Positions 37,993-48,075 of a stretch of 64,000 nucleotides of DNA are shown piece after piece. Position numbers and translations under genes: made by a program. Origin of the DNA: a virus (lineage: Duplodnaviria; Heunggongvirae; Uroviricota; Caudoviricetes). The notes beneath the pieces were generated by a model. That model saw nothing but the letters and a program-made list of their open reading frames with translations, did not search any database and was not told the DNA's origin. The stretch lies in the IMG/VR virus record IMGVR_UViG_2534682349_000001; one strand, 5' to 3'. Position 1 is the first letter of the stretch. Every line of letters begins with the position of its first letter.

Positions 37993-38606
37993 TAAATAAA
38001 ATCAACCTTCCGTTTCCCAGAGCCTTTGCGCTTGTAGGCGACTGTAGGCTGCTCGATCTTCTTCTCTTCCTCTTTACTAATTTTTTCTACTTTTTTCCGC
38101 TCTTTATCCAAAGCGTCCAACCTTCTCTGGATAAAATTAATGTTATTTGTCACGATTTTCATGATGTAATTAATTTCATGTTCCTCGTTCTTAAATTCAA
38201 CTGTTTTCTGCGCTTTTTTAATAGCGTCATAAGAATATAAAAGCGTATAGTAGATAGTTTTGAACGAGTATCCCTGCTTATTTCCACTAACATTCGTTTT
38301 CGAAGGCTTGAATTTACCCACTCTCAATCCCAAAAGGCGTTCGACGCAATATTCTGATAAGTTATTGCCAGCAGAAAGATTCAATATTTCTGACTTAAAA
38401 TACCCATAAACTTGATCCCAATCACTTTTTTCTTGTTCTTTGAACTTGATATCCTTATGCTCTTTAAGATACTTAGGTAAGCAGTCAATATGGAATTTAC
38501 GTTTATAATTTCTGCACCCTCTCTTAGTTTTTAGCGGGATTGGTTTGATTACCATATCCTCGTCATTCAATGGGTTGGCACAGTAATAACACTTTTGAAC
38601 AGCCAT
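37992..38606 (-). CDS. zinc-ribbon protein, possible replication accessory factor
   Basis: N-terminal CYYC...C...HIDC cluster. Basic C-terminus. Confidence 0.35.
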   Translation of the reverse strand: MAVQKCYYCANPLNDEDMVIKPIPLKTKRGCRNYKRKFHIDCLPKYLKEHKDIKFKEQEKSDWDQVYGYFKSEILNLSAGNNLSEYCVERLLGLRVGKFKPSKTNVSGNKQGYSFKTIYYTLLYSYDAIKKAQKTVEFKNEEHEINYIMKIVTNNINFIQRRLDALDKERKKVEKISKEEEKKIEQPTVAYKRKGSGKRKVDFI

Positions 38607-39895
38607 TAGAGTTTAACCTTTCGAATTTCAAATTCATTTTGATTAACCAAAACTACGCCTTGAGAACGGCTGGATTTAGCACTTATTTTTTTGCTATATT
38701 CATCCATTCCTTTGATCGATCCAAAAGTTGCTTGGAAACGATTATCACCTACTTCTAACATTGAGAAACGATGTAAATGTCCTCCAAGAACTGCATCATA
38801 ATGACGATCATATTGTTCTCCCAATTCAGCTAATGTAGTCTTTTTATTCAAGCTATTTCTATCACCATGTACAAATGCAAAGTTCCAGCCTTGTACATTA
38901 ATGTCTGTAAAATAGCTATCTGTATCAATAAATTCTACGTCTGATCCTGATAATTCAATCCACATCTTAATAATCTGATTGCTAATATTTACTGCATGAT
39001 CAGAATTCAAGTTAGAATTCTTGTCACCTTGCATACGATCATGGTTCCCAGCAATTCCGCGATAGGTAATTAGCTCTACATGCCGCCGAATTCGTTGAAC
39101 AAAATCAATAATCAATTTTGTTACATGAACGATTTGTTCAGACAAAGTTTCTTCTGAATCATATAAGTTTTGGTTACGCATGTAAGCATGTTCTACAATG
39201 TCACCAAGATTAACAATATCAACACTATAAACTTTGTTTTCTTCGATAAGCTTGATAACTTTATCGGCATACTTGGTTAATAAGCCTTCAACTACTTGTG
39301 TATCGTAATAATTTTCTGGCATATCAACATATGCACCATAATGAATATCAGATAGACAAACGATCATTGAACTATTTGTATCCTGTCCAGCATCAGGAAG
39401 AATTACAGGATTTTCCGCTAAAACAAAATCGGTCTTTTCTAACGCCGACTTAATTTCATTAATAAACAATAAATCTTTATTAGTTTGTCGAACTAACCGA
39501 CGTATTACTCGACCCTGCTCTTGTGTTTCTAGCTTCTTGCTATTTAATTGACCAATTGCACTCTGAATACTTTGTAACTTATTATCAGCAATTAAGTCCG
39601 CATGAGTAGTTACATCCTTCAAGCGGCCTTCGTCCTTTTGGAAACGCTTAATAAGTCCACGATAGTTTTCATTAGTATCACTATCATAGAATCCTTCTTG
39701 TTCCATCATCTTCTTGTGTTTAAGCCATGAGCAACGTCTCGATGGGGACGTTTTTTGTAACTCTTCTTTAATTTCACTAGCTACATTTAAATGTTGGTGA
39801 GTAACATTAATATGTTCACCTTTTTTATTAACATAGCTATATTCTTTTGTAGCGATACTAATTAACCTCCATAGTTTAGTTTTATATATGTACAC
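38606..39895 (-). CDS. calcineurin-like metallophosphoesterase, SbcD/Mre11-like nuclease
   Basis: Motifs DIHYG, GDIVE, GNHD, GGHLHR in the canonical order. Confidence 0.65.
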   Translation of the reverse strand: MYIYKTKLWRLISIATKEYSYVNKKGEHINVTHQHLNVASEIKEELQKTSPSRRCSWLKHKKMMEQEGFYDSDTNENYRGLIKRFQKDEGRLKDVTTHADLIADNKLQSIQSAIGQLNSKKLETQEQGRVIRRLVRQTNKDLLFINEIKSALEKTDFVLAENPVILPDAGQDTNSSMIVCLSDIHYGAYVDMPENYYDTQVVEGLLTKYADKVIKLIEENKVYSVDIVNLGDIVEHAYMRNQNLYDSEETLSEQIVHVTKLIIDFVQRIRRHVELITYRGIAGNHDRMQGDKNSNLNSDHAVNISNQIIKMWIELSGSDVEFIDTDSYFTDINVQGWNFAFVHGDRNSLNKKTTLAELGEQYDRHYDAVLGGHLHRFSMLEVGDNRFQATFGSIKGMDEYSKKISAKSSRSQGVVLVNQNEFEIRKVKL

Positions 39896-39932
39896 GAGGG
39901 GAAATCCTCGTAATTGAATATGTTATATGTTA

Positions 39933-40928
39933 TTAAGCTGCTACCGGTGTTTCGTCTAAAATTTTCACCTTTTGTTCATTCATATACTTAATAACTTTAT
40001 TTTGTTGTTCTTTAGTTAGCGTGCTTAAAGTCTTACTTCCAGTCATTTCTTTAACTTTAGTAGCAAATTCTTGCTTCTTATCTTGCCCTTCTAGCAAAGA
40101 TAAGAAATCCGCTACCTGATCTTCAAATGGCATTTCAGAAGTAATACTTTCTTCATATGCGACCTTGGCCTTTTTCTTATCCTTACTAAAGTCTTTAACA
40201 ATAACATTACCCTTATTGTCATCTGCTTCTAAGCGTTTGGCCCAGTTAGCATACGAAGGATTTTCGATTTCGGCTCCCCGGGCATAGGTATCGGTACGGT
40301 CTTTTTCAACTACACCAAAGTACTTATTATCACGAGTAAATAATCGAAGAACTACATCGTAATCGAATGGCGCCTTCTTTGCCATATCCGGCTTCTCGCC
40401 AGTCTTAACACGGACACCGCCACCTGCATCTTTCATTACATCTGAAGCCTGGGCAATTGACACAATATTAATTCCTTGACTTGCTAATTTAAGTTTTAAG
40501 TTCTGCAAGCGACTTGCTAATTGCTTAATCTTTCCCCATGAACGTACAGACAAATTAGCATCAAGTACATCTTTTCCTTTACGAATTGCTCGCGACTCTT
40601 CAACTTCTTGAAGAGCTTCTTGAATGTTTTCGTAAATCTTAGTTTCTGAATCAATAATTAATGTCTTGAAGTCGTCCACATTTTCGTCTAATTCATCAAT
40701 CAAATTAGCTAAATCATCAAAGGATTGAGAATCAACAATTCCTAATAAATTCTTAGCTCGTTCCGTTCCTTCGTACCACGCATACCCGTCTTCACTATCC
40801 ATTGCAATGATTTCTGGGAATGAAAGACCAAAAACTGTTTTACCGACACCTGTCGGACCATATACTAAAATCTTTAAGCCCTTTTTTCGGCTATTAGGCT
40901 TTCGCAACATATCCAAATCTAACGCCAT
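39933..40928 (-). CDS. AAA-family ATPase, Sak4-like (RecA-fold) recombination protein
   Basis: P-loop VYGPTGVGKT near the N-terminus, Walker B LIIDSE. Located in the replication/recombination module. Confidence 0.55.
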   Translation of the reverse strand: MALDLDMLRKPNSRKKGLKILVYGPTGVGKTVFGLSFPEIIAMDSEDGYAWYEGTERAKNLLGIVDSQSFDDLANLIDELDENVDDFKTLIIDSETKIYENIQEALQEVEESRAIRKGKDVLDANLSVRSWGKIKQLASRLQNLKLKLASQGINIVSIAQASDVMKDAGGGVRVKTGEKPDMAKKAPFDYDVVLRLFTRDNKYFGVVEKDRTDTYARGAEIENPSYANWAKRLEADDNKGNVIVKDFSKDKKKAKVAYEESITSEMPFEDQVADFLSLLEGQDKKQEFATKVKEMTGSKTLSTLTKEQQNKVIKYMNEQKVKILDETPVAA

Positions 40929-40939
40929 ACAATAACCCC

Positions 40940-40981
40940 TTATTAAATATATTTTCGTATTTTCGTTGTGACTAATGGGAG
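40940..40981 (-). promoter_or_regulatory. conserved promoter-like motif (TCACAACGAAAATACGAAAATATATT)
   Basis: Copy 3, upstream of the Sak4-like operon. Confidence 0.4.
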
Positions 40982-40991
40982 AGTTTTACTA

Positions 40992-42140
40992 TTATTCAAA
41001 CAGACCGCCAAACATTGCGTCTGCATTAGCTTCTTCATCTTTATTATCGTCCTCGTTGAACACGCTAGTATTTTCTTCAATATCTTCATCATCTTCAACG
41101 ACAATCAATGCTTCAGGCGAATACTTGTCTGCTAACATGAAATCGGACTTTTCGCCATCAACGTTCATTAATGGCATCTTGAAAATAACCTTGTCAACAC
41201 TGCGGTCACCAATTGTTTCTTCGTTTTCAATTTGTTCTTCGGTCATAATACCAAGTTGAATCAATTCCATAACCTGCTTACTTCGTTGAATCTTACCCGT
41301 GCTCTTTTCATAACCGTGAACAATATTATTCTTGAGGCCAATTTCACGAACTACGCCTTTTTTGACTTTAAAAAGCGTTTCGATAGCTTTGGTCATCATA
41401 TCTACTTTGTCTTCTGTAGTTTGAATAGTAAATTGTTGTGGGAAAGCAAGTGTCTTTTTAATTTCCTTGCCATTTTCCTTACCAACGTATTGTGGGACAA
41501 AGGCATTAACAACAATCTCGTTTCTTTCTTTTAATGTCTTTTCCCAATCTCTTGGCAACGCCGTATTTTCTAGCAAGTAGGTTTGACGCATTTCTGCCTT
41601 TTCTTCTACTTCCTCATTATCCTTACCGTCATACAAGCCAATATTTGTGACATTGAAACTACGACTAATCTTTCCATCGTAACGTTGATATTCAACGTTA
41701 CCACTAACGTAAATTTCTTGGCCGTCATGTAAGTGTTCGTCCATGTAATTAATAGCATCTAGTTCAGATAAGAAACGTTTTCGGATTAACTTTCCTTTTT
41801 CGTCGCGTTCAAGAGCAACATTAATGAATGAGAATTCGGCAACATTTTTAAGAGCATCCTCGTTATCACGTAAATCCCAATCAAGCTCCATATGTTGATT
41901 AGTGTCCTTGTTAAATACATGGACAACCGGCTTACGCTTTGAGTAGCCACCCATCATTTGTACATAAATAGAATTACTATCACCAATCTTAACTGGGAAG
42001 CCTACTCGTTTATATACCCAACCTGACTTAGATTCAGTAGTTTGTGTAGGGAATGTGTCGCTTGAAATAGAAGCTCGTCCTCGAGCAATAAAACGGGCAA
42101 TTCCCGGCTTTAATTCTTTTTCTAACTTAGCCTTTGGCAT
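40992..42140 (-). CDS. putative ssDNA-binding/recombination-associated protein with an acidic C-terminal tail ending FGGLFE
   Basis: 382 aa. Strongly acidic tail (EDDEDIEEN...DDNKDEEANADAMFGGLFE) reminiscent of SSB C-terminal tips. Located next to Sak4-like. Confidence 0.3.
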   Translation of the reverse strand: MPKAKLEKELKPGIARFIARGRASISSDTFPTQTTESKSGWVYKRVGFPVKIGDSNSIYVQMMGGYSKRKPVVHVFNKDTNQHMELDWDLRDNEDALKNVAEFSFINVALERDEKGKLIRKRFLSELDAINYMDEHLHDGQEIYVSGNVEYQRYDGKISRSFNVTNIGLYDGKDNEEVEEKAEMRQTYLLENTALPRDWEKTLKERNEIVVNAFVPQYVGKENGKEIKKTLAFPQQFTIQTTEDKVDMMTKAIETLFKVKKGVVREIGLKNNIVHGYEKSTGKIQRSKQVMELIQLGIMTEEQIENEETIGDRSVDKVIFKMPLMNVDGEKSDFMLADKYSPEALIVVEDDEDIEENTSVFNEDDNKDEEANADAMFGGLFE

Positions 42141-42726
42141 TAACTAATTCCTCCTTGGAAATTTTCTTAAATTGTAATTGTTGTTTTTCAGGATCTGTAT
42201 ATGAGATTAGTATTACCCCATCATTTAACTCTTCAAAATTAAATTCTATTTCATTGTTTAATCCAGCATCTTTACGGATAACATCAAAGTTTGGAGCAAT
42301 ACTAATATAATCTGCGTCAATATCCACCTTGATGATTTCTCCGTCATTAGCAGAGATCCTTTTTTGTTCGCCCTTTAAATGCGAGATCAGTGTATTACTA
42401 AATTCTTCAAGACTTAATTGCTCACCTTTTTGTTCTTTGCTAACGTTATGGCCCTTAGCTTTATTTAAAGGTGACGTGCTTGCATCCTTTTGTTCACCAT
42501 GGTCTTTCTGTTCAATGCTTGAGAATCCTGCTCGAATAATTCCAAAGCCAGCCTTTTGTAATGCTTGAGCCAACTTTTGGTATCTATCTTCTGCAATAGC
42601 ACTCAAGAGTTCATTATCGTTATCGATACCTAGATAGGCTTTAATACCAGGAATAGCTTCTGGAGTAAGAATTTTGGTCAGATCTAATCCGATTTCTACA
42701 TCATACTTATGTGTAAAATTACTCAT
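42127..42726 (-). CDS. hypothetical protein
   Basis: 199-aa ORF. Confidence 0.4.
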   Translation of the reverse strand: MSNFTHKYDVEIGLDLTKILTPEAIPGIKAYLGIDNDNELLSAIAEDRYQKLAQALQKAGFGIIRAGFSSIEQKDHGEQKDASTSPLNKAKGHNVSKEQKGEQLSLEEFSNTLISHLKGEQKRISANDGEIIKVDIDADYISIAPNFDVIRKDAGLNNEIEFNFEELNDGVILISYTDPEKQQLQFKKISKEELVNAKG

Positions 42727-43294
42727 GAATCAATTCCCACCATTCATTTAATTGCCGATATGTATCTTGGAGTGAACCCGAGTTATCAATAACATAAATT
42801 TCACTGAACGGATATGGTGCATTTAATTGTGTAACAAAGCGCTTAGGAAATTGTTTACGACCATAATCTCTTAAGAAATCCATTTGTCGTTCAATATCCC
42901 TGCCCAAATCTTCTTCGTTATAACCACCGTCCCGATCTTTCAGTCTCTTTTTTGCAACTTCTGGGTCGGTATACACATATAACGGCTTAAATCCCTTTTC
43001 GATACAGTAATGTGAATATTCTAATAATTTACGAATATCTGGAATAATTAATGGCACATCAATACCGTCATATTTTTCGTCAAGTAGATTAATCCATGCT
43101 TCATGACCAAAAATACCTCTGATACTTTCTCCCAAATCCTGCAAGTGATGACGCTGTACCTTGTTTCTAGCAAATTGTTCAGCTAATTCATGAATAGGTT
43201 CCCCTAATGCGTGTTTAACAGCACGACCGTTGAATAAATTATCTTTGATATAATTTGCCACCGTGTCTTTACCGGCACCACCACTAGAACCCAT
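42719..43294 (-). CDS. deoxynucleoside monophosphate kinase (T4 gp1-like dNMP kinase)
   Basis: N-terminal GSSGGAGKDTVANYI matches the SG..SGKDT..A..I pattern of T4-type dNMP kinases. 191 aa. Confidence 0.65.
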   Translation of the reverse strand: MGSSGGAGKDTVANYIKDNLFNGRAVKHALGEPIHELAEQFARNKVQRHHLQDLGESIRGIFGHEAWINLLDEKYDGIDVPLIIPDIRKLLEYSHYCIEKGFKPLYVYTDPEVAKKRLKDRDGGYNEEDLGRDIERQMDFLRDYGRKQFPKRFVTQLNAPYPFSEIYVIDNSGSLQDTYRQLNEWWELIHE

Positions 43295-43319
43295 AATGGC
43301 TATATTTAAGATAGATATT

Positions 43320-43356
43320 CCTCCCTTTTTAATATATATAAGTATTTTTGTTGTGA
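43320..43356 (-). promoter_or_regulatory. conserved promoter-like motif (TCACAACAAAAATACTTATATATA)
   Basis: Copy 4, upstream of the dNMP kinase operon. Confidence 0.4.
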
Positions 43357-43471
43357 TTAATAAAGCTCAGTTATCATAACAAAAAAGATATAAGCAAGTC
43401 ATAAAATTGCACCTACCGGTAACGTTTTTTTTGAAGAAACTAAAAAAAGCAGTAGTTATACTGCTTAATAA

Positions 43472-44740
43472 CTACTGCTTTACCTTCATTAAGTTTTCTC
43501 TATCGTGATAGTACATAAGTCCACGATGCCAAATTGAATTTGCAAATTTCTGTGAAGAGATAGCTTCTTTAATCTTTTCTTCTGGGTAATCGCCGACCTC
43601 ACCAAACACTTCTACAATCTCGGTCACGACATCAGATTGATGTTCTGGTTGTAAAGTACCGTATTTAGCTATAAGTCTACGATTAACTATGTCAAGTATG
43701 CCAGATATTCTTAACTTATTAGCACTAACTTTTGAATCCTCGCCATACACATTCTTCCACACCTCATTAAGTCTCATGTTAAGCGACCAATGTCCAAGTG
43801 GAGTTTCCACGCTACTCGTAAATTTTAATTTACGAAATAGATATGAGTCTTGTGTTACCGGTATAAAATATTTATCAGTTTGAGGACTAGTGGCCCCCGC
43901 ATCCTTTGCTTTGACTTCTTTTAGTCCTAAATTTACCCATTCCATTTCTTTAGGAGTAAATTTAATTACTCTATCTCCATATTTACCATGAACAGTTAAC
44001 TCATTGCCATCAAAGTCTTTTAATTTGACACGAGCAATTTCACTATCTTTAGTCTCTCTGGCAAGACGCATACCTTTAAACAGAAATAAAACAATTAAAT
44101 TTTCCGGACTTTCTGCTTTCGGCATAAAATTGTCCATAAGCTCATTATACGTAATCAGTTGTAATTTTCTAGGCTTCCATTTGTTCGAGTGTAAAGCCCA
44201 GTTATCCTCAATTGCTATCTTCTTATCGTTGTATTTTGATAACAGCTCATTAATTGATCGCACTAAAGTACGACAATACCCTAATTTGTTATCAACTGTA
44301 CTTTTGTTAAGTTTCTTATCTTTAAGTAAATATTCACGAAATTCTTTTATCTGATCTTTATTGAACTCCCAAAATGGAACGTTATACTTCTTTTCAATTA
44401 TCTCTACATCGGTCAACGCCGCATTAACACCCGCCGCACTTACTTCGTTGTGTCGCGAGGCGTAGTCATACCAAGCCAGCTGCTTTATGTTATTTCCAAT
44501 CTCATATTCAGGATTAAAAGACTTATATTTTTCAATTCGATATGTTCGCAGTTGAAGGCATTTATTTAGCTCGTCATTCGTGAAATTATTAAAAAACACG
44601 TGGAATATAATTTTAACCTGCTCTGAATCATAATCCACTGATAGTAACAATTCACTAATTTCTTTTTGATCTCTCTCCCCTAGATCATTAATTATCCTAT
44701 TAAGATTGCCTATTCTGTCTAAAATTATCCTGTTTTCCAT
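43472..44740 (-). CDS. divergent tyrosine-recombinase-like protein (low confidence)
   Basis: 422 aa. Box-I-like LFLFKGMRLARE and C-terminal LGHWS...RL...Y patterns. Adjacent to a bona fide integrase. Confidence 0.3.
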   Translation of the reverse strand: MENRIILDRIGNLNRIINDLGERDQKEISELLLSVDYDSEQVKIIFHVFFNNFTNDELNKCLQLRTYRIEKYKSFNPEYEIGNNIKQLAWYDYASRHNEVSAAGVNAALTDVEIIEKKYNVPFWEFNKDQIKEFREYLLKDKKLNKSTVDNKLGYCRTLVRSINELLSKYNDKKIAIEDNWALHSNKWKPRKLQLITYNELMDNFMPKAESPENLIVLFLFKGMRLARETKDSEIARVKLKDFDGNELTVHGKYGDRVIKFTPKEMEWVNLGLKEVKAKDAGATSPQTDKYFIPVTQDSYLFRKLKFTSSVETPLGHWSLNMRLNEVWKNVYGEDSKVSANKLRISGILDIVNRRLIAKYGTLQPEHQSDVVTEIVEVFGEVGDYPEEKIKEAISSQKFANSIWHRGLMYYHDRENLMKVKQ

Positions 44741-44913
44741 GTCAATCCCCTATATTGTGCCTATTCCTAATCAATCTAAACAATTGTATTATACATTTAA
44801 TTATAATTCAAATCTATATATTAAATACAATTGTGTTGTTATATTAACACTTTTTTAAATAGCTATGAATAGAATAGACTATATTCTTCCTAGGCAAACC
44901 AGATATTAGTAAA

Positions 44914-45954
44914 CTAATTCAGTGCTTTATGATCCTTGCCGGCACGATATACCATATTTTCAATTTCAGGGCGCGAATGAATTAACATTAATAATTGTTC
45001 TTTAGAGAGGTTATCAATTTCTGAGTAATCATAATCTGACGTTAACATTGCCGTCCCCGTCATAGTAGGATCTGTTTGATTATGAATATATTTTTCTGTA
45101 TTTGCTACACTTTCATGATCAAGAAAATCCTTTACCAACATAATATCTTTTGTTTGGTAATAAAGTGTCGTGGCCGCGCCTGCACGTAACGAGTGAGGAG
45201 ATAGCTTATGATTAATCTTCCTACTGAAATCACGAAAAGCATTTTTTAACGACTCATGCGATAATTCACCAAAAACAAATTCTTCGTCACTACCCGTAAA
45301 GAGCAAATCATGTAAATTCTGGTAGTAGCTTAATGTAAGGTATTTAGTATTTAACTTGTGCCCCTTATCAATCACATCTAAACGAGCAAAACGAGTACCG
45401 TCATGTGCAACGATAAATTGAAAATCTATCCATTTGATTGAAAACGTAGCCGTGACACGAATACCAGTTTTGAACATAAAGTCTACTAACTCGGCATATT
45501 TTTTACCCATCATTCGATCTTGGTCGTCACGATATTTTCTTTTGGTTAAAAAATCCTTAAACTGATCTAATTCTTCTAACGAGATTGCTTCATGATGCTT
45601 TACATCATTAGTTTTTAACGTTTTGTCCGTTAACACATAATTATTTAAATCGTCAATATTGGCCTTATCATAAATACCTTCTTTTTTAATCATCTTCATT
45701 AAAGACCTAACCGCAATTAAATGTCCCTTAATGGTTGAGCCTTTAATATCATTTTTCTTAAGTGGTGTAACAAATTTGTTCAATACGTCACTGTATCGCA
45801 AATGAACTAAATCAAATTCGGAAATTTCTGTTGGCTTTTTCTTAAATACCATATTACTAAACAATGTCACGGAGCTTGTGTACTTATGAATTGTATTTGC
45901 TGATGCCAACGAATTAATCCACGTTCGATATACATTTATCATTTCTTCACTCAT
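44914..45954 (-). CDS. tyrosine recombinase / phage integrase family
   Basis: TGIRVTATF (R), LSPHSLRAGAAT (H-x-x-R), DFLDHESVANTEKYIH (H...Y). Start at ATG 45954 after a GGAGG RBS. Confidence 0.75.
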   Translation of the reverse strand: MSEEMINVYRTWINSLASANTIHKYTSSVTLFSNMVFKKKPTEISEFDLVHLRYSDVLNKFVTPLKKNDIKGSTIKGHLIAVRSLMKMIKKEGIYDKANIDDLNNYVLTDKTLKTNDVKHHEAISLEELDQFKDFLTKRKYRDDQDRMMGKKYAELVDFMFKTGIRVTATFSIKWIDFQFIVAHDGTRFARLDVIDKGHKLNTKYLTLSYYQNLHDLLFTGSDEEFVFGELSHESLKNAFRDFSRKINHKLSPHSLRAGAATTLYYQTKDIMLVKDFLDHESVANTEKYIHNQTDPTMTGTAMLTSDYDYSEIDNLSKEQLLMLIHSRPEIENMVYRAGKDHKALN

Positions 45955-46198
45955 ATCAATTCCTCCATATCTCACATAGCACAATGCGGATTTTATAAAC
46001 CAATACTAAAAATAGATAACTTTTATATCGTCTACCAATAAGTCAATTTCGAGCATTTAATTTTACTTACTCTTAAATAAATGATATAAAAGCTATAATA
46101 AAAAAACGGAGCCATTTAATACAGCTCCGTTTTTTCAATATTAATTATATAAATATTTTAATTAAAAATTATAAAATCCGCATTTTATTTCGTTTTTC

Positions 46199-46726
46199 TT
46201 ACCATTGAAATTTATATTGTTGTGGTGACAGTTGATACGTGTAAGTCTCAACTATATTTCTATCCTTGTCGATTACATAATCTACTGTAAAATTATTCGG
46301 ATCATCACCATTGATTTTGCACCACTTAGGCCCATTCTGACCATCAAGTTTTATTTTATCTCCAGATTTCGTATGTTTTATTTTCATCCATCCTTCTTTT
46401 ACTGGATAAAAGTCACTGTCGTCACTTTGCTTTTTATTATAGCCATTTTTGCTAGATAGCATATTGTTGTAATCTTTCTTTTCATTAGAGGTTAGTTTTG
46501 ACTCGTCTATATTGTTATTCCCATCTACTTCAGCAACAAATTGACGATAACCAGTTCCTTTTCCGTTAAATAAAATGACAATACGTCGATTTTCTGATTT
46601 CGGACTACTACGTAAGTAGATTTTTCCTGCTAAGTCCTTATTAGACATAGCATGAACATCATTAGGAATAATAACTATCCCAATTGCCACTAAAAATGCA
46701 ATAATAATTCCAAAATATTTTTTCAT
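46199..46726 (-). CDS. secreted protein with signal peptide
   Basis: MKKYFGIIIAFLVAIGIVIIPNDVHA signal sequence. Confidence 0.5.
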   Translation of the reverse strand: MKKYFGIIIAFLVAIGIVIIPNDVHAMSNKDLAGKIYLRSSPKSENRRIVILFNGKGTGYRQFVAEVDGNNNIDESKLTSNEKKDYNNMLSSKNGYNKKQSDDSDFYPVKEGWMKIKHTKSGDKIKLDGQNGPKWCKINGDDPNNFTVDYVIDKDRNIVETYTYQLSPQQYKFQW

Positions 46727-46749
46727 AGTAAATTTTCTCCTGTCGCTAA

Positions 46750-47409
46750 CTATAGGTCTTGAAGTTCTTCTACATGGTCAGCTACTTTTTGGTCCAATTC
46801 ATTATGCTTATCCATAAAGTCATCGTAGCTTCCACTAATATTCGTAGCATGGTTAGCAAAATGTTTTGCGTCTAAATAAGCATTATGAATTTTCTCTTTG
46901 TCTGAATCGTCAACAGAATCATTTTTCTGAATCTTCTGGTCTAAGTCATGAAGATCGCTAAGTTTACTATCAACATCATCAATCTCATCAGTATGATTAT
47001 TTTGAATAGTATCAATTGTAGAATCTACATCAAAATCATCGTCAGAATTTTCTATAGCATCATTCCATTCGCTACCTTCTTTGGAAGATAATTGTTCTAC
47101 CTTGTGACCAAGTGCAAAGTATTGAGTAGCAAATTCTTCTTTATCATCTTTGTAATTTGATTTGTTTTTCTTCTGTTGTTGGGCTGTTTCTGCCTGCTCT
47201 TCCGCTTCATCGGCACTATTTTGAGCCATTCCACCGAAAATAAATGTACATACAACTACTACACACGTAATGATAAATTTCTTTTTGCTTTTCTTAAACA
47301 GATCGCTCTCTTTATCTTTTCTTTGTTTAAACCACTTAACACCGTAGACTATTGCAACAATAAATGAGACTAAAAACGCCAATTCTAATAAGCCAGCTAA
47401 AGTTTCCAT
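46750..47409 (-). CDS. N-terminally membrane-anchored acidic protein
   Basis: One N-terminal transmembrane helix and a second after a basic stretch, then a D/E-rich body. Confidence 0.45.
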   Translation of the reverse strand: METLAGLLELAFLVSFIVAIVYGVKWFKQRKDKESDLFKKSKKKFIITCVVVVCTFIFGGMAQNSADEAEEQAETAQQQKKNKSNYKDDKEEFATQYFALGHKVEQLSSKEGSEWNDAIENSDDDFDVDSTIDTIQNNHTDEIDDVDSKLSDLHDLDQKIQKNDSVDDSDKEKIHNAYLDAKHFANHATNISGSYDDFMDKHNELDQKVADHVEELQDL

Positions 47410-47526
47410 AATATAAATATCCTCCTAATTACACAAAAATGGTCAATCAGCGTAGCTAATTGCGTCGATTGACCATTTAGTTTTAAAACTCCTTTATTTT
47501 ACCAAAAATTTCTTTCGCTGAAAACG

Positions 47527-47874
47527 CTATATACAAAAGTCATTAATTACTTTACTAAGTTGTCTTTTAACCTTGTTGAAATCTTCTAGTCGTAATTTAT
47601 CCATTGGTAAAGAACGCACTCTTTCACGAGAATAACAATGTATTTGTGTTGCATTTACTCGACCATATATATTTGCATAGCCCTGTAAATTAACGTAACC
47701 ATTAAAATAAGTTCCACCAGAAGTGATTGGTGCTACCATAAGGTAATTTGTATTGCGATTATATCGATCGTTAGAAATAATTACCGCTGGATGAATACCT
47801 TCCATCTCAGTATCTATAGCCGGACTAAAGTCTAAATAGATAATATCTCCCTGTTTATACTGTACTTTACTCAT
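47527..47874 (-). CDS. MazF/PemK-family endoribonuclease toxin
   Basis: GDIIYLDFSP...HPAVIISND.YN...LMVAPITS pattern characteristic of PemK/MazF. Start MSKVQYKQGD after a GGAG RBS. No recognisable MazE partner upstream. Confidence 0.7.
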   Translation of the reverse strand: MSKVQYKQGDIIYLDFSPAIDTEMEGIHPAVIISNDRYNRNTNYLMVAPITSGGTYFNGYVNLQGYANIYGRVNATQIHCYSRERVRSLPMDKLRLEDFNKVKRQLSKVINDFCI

Positions 47875-47912
47875 AATTTTCTCCATTCTACATTGTAAAA
47901 ATGTCATTTTAA

Positions 47913-48072
47913 CGACTGCTTATTCTAAAAAGAGGATCGCCTAGAATGACGACCCCTTTTTGGTTGATTTTATTTTTCTTTCCAATTTTTGGAGGAAAAT
48001 TTCCTTCCCACCAATCAATACAAATTGCTATTAAGAAACAAATTCCGATAATAATTAAATGTGTCATACATT
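47913..48072 (-). CDS. small membrane peptide (about 53 aa) directly upstream of the MazF-like gene
   Basis: MTHLIIIGICFLIAICIDWW... It lies below the 60-aa ORF-track cutoff. Confidence 0.2.
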
Positions 48073-48075
48073 CTC

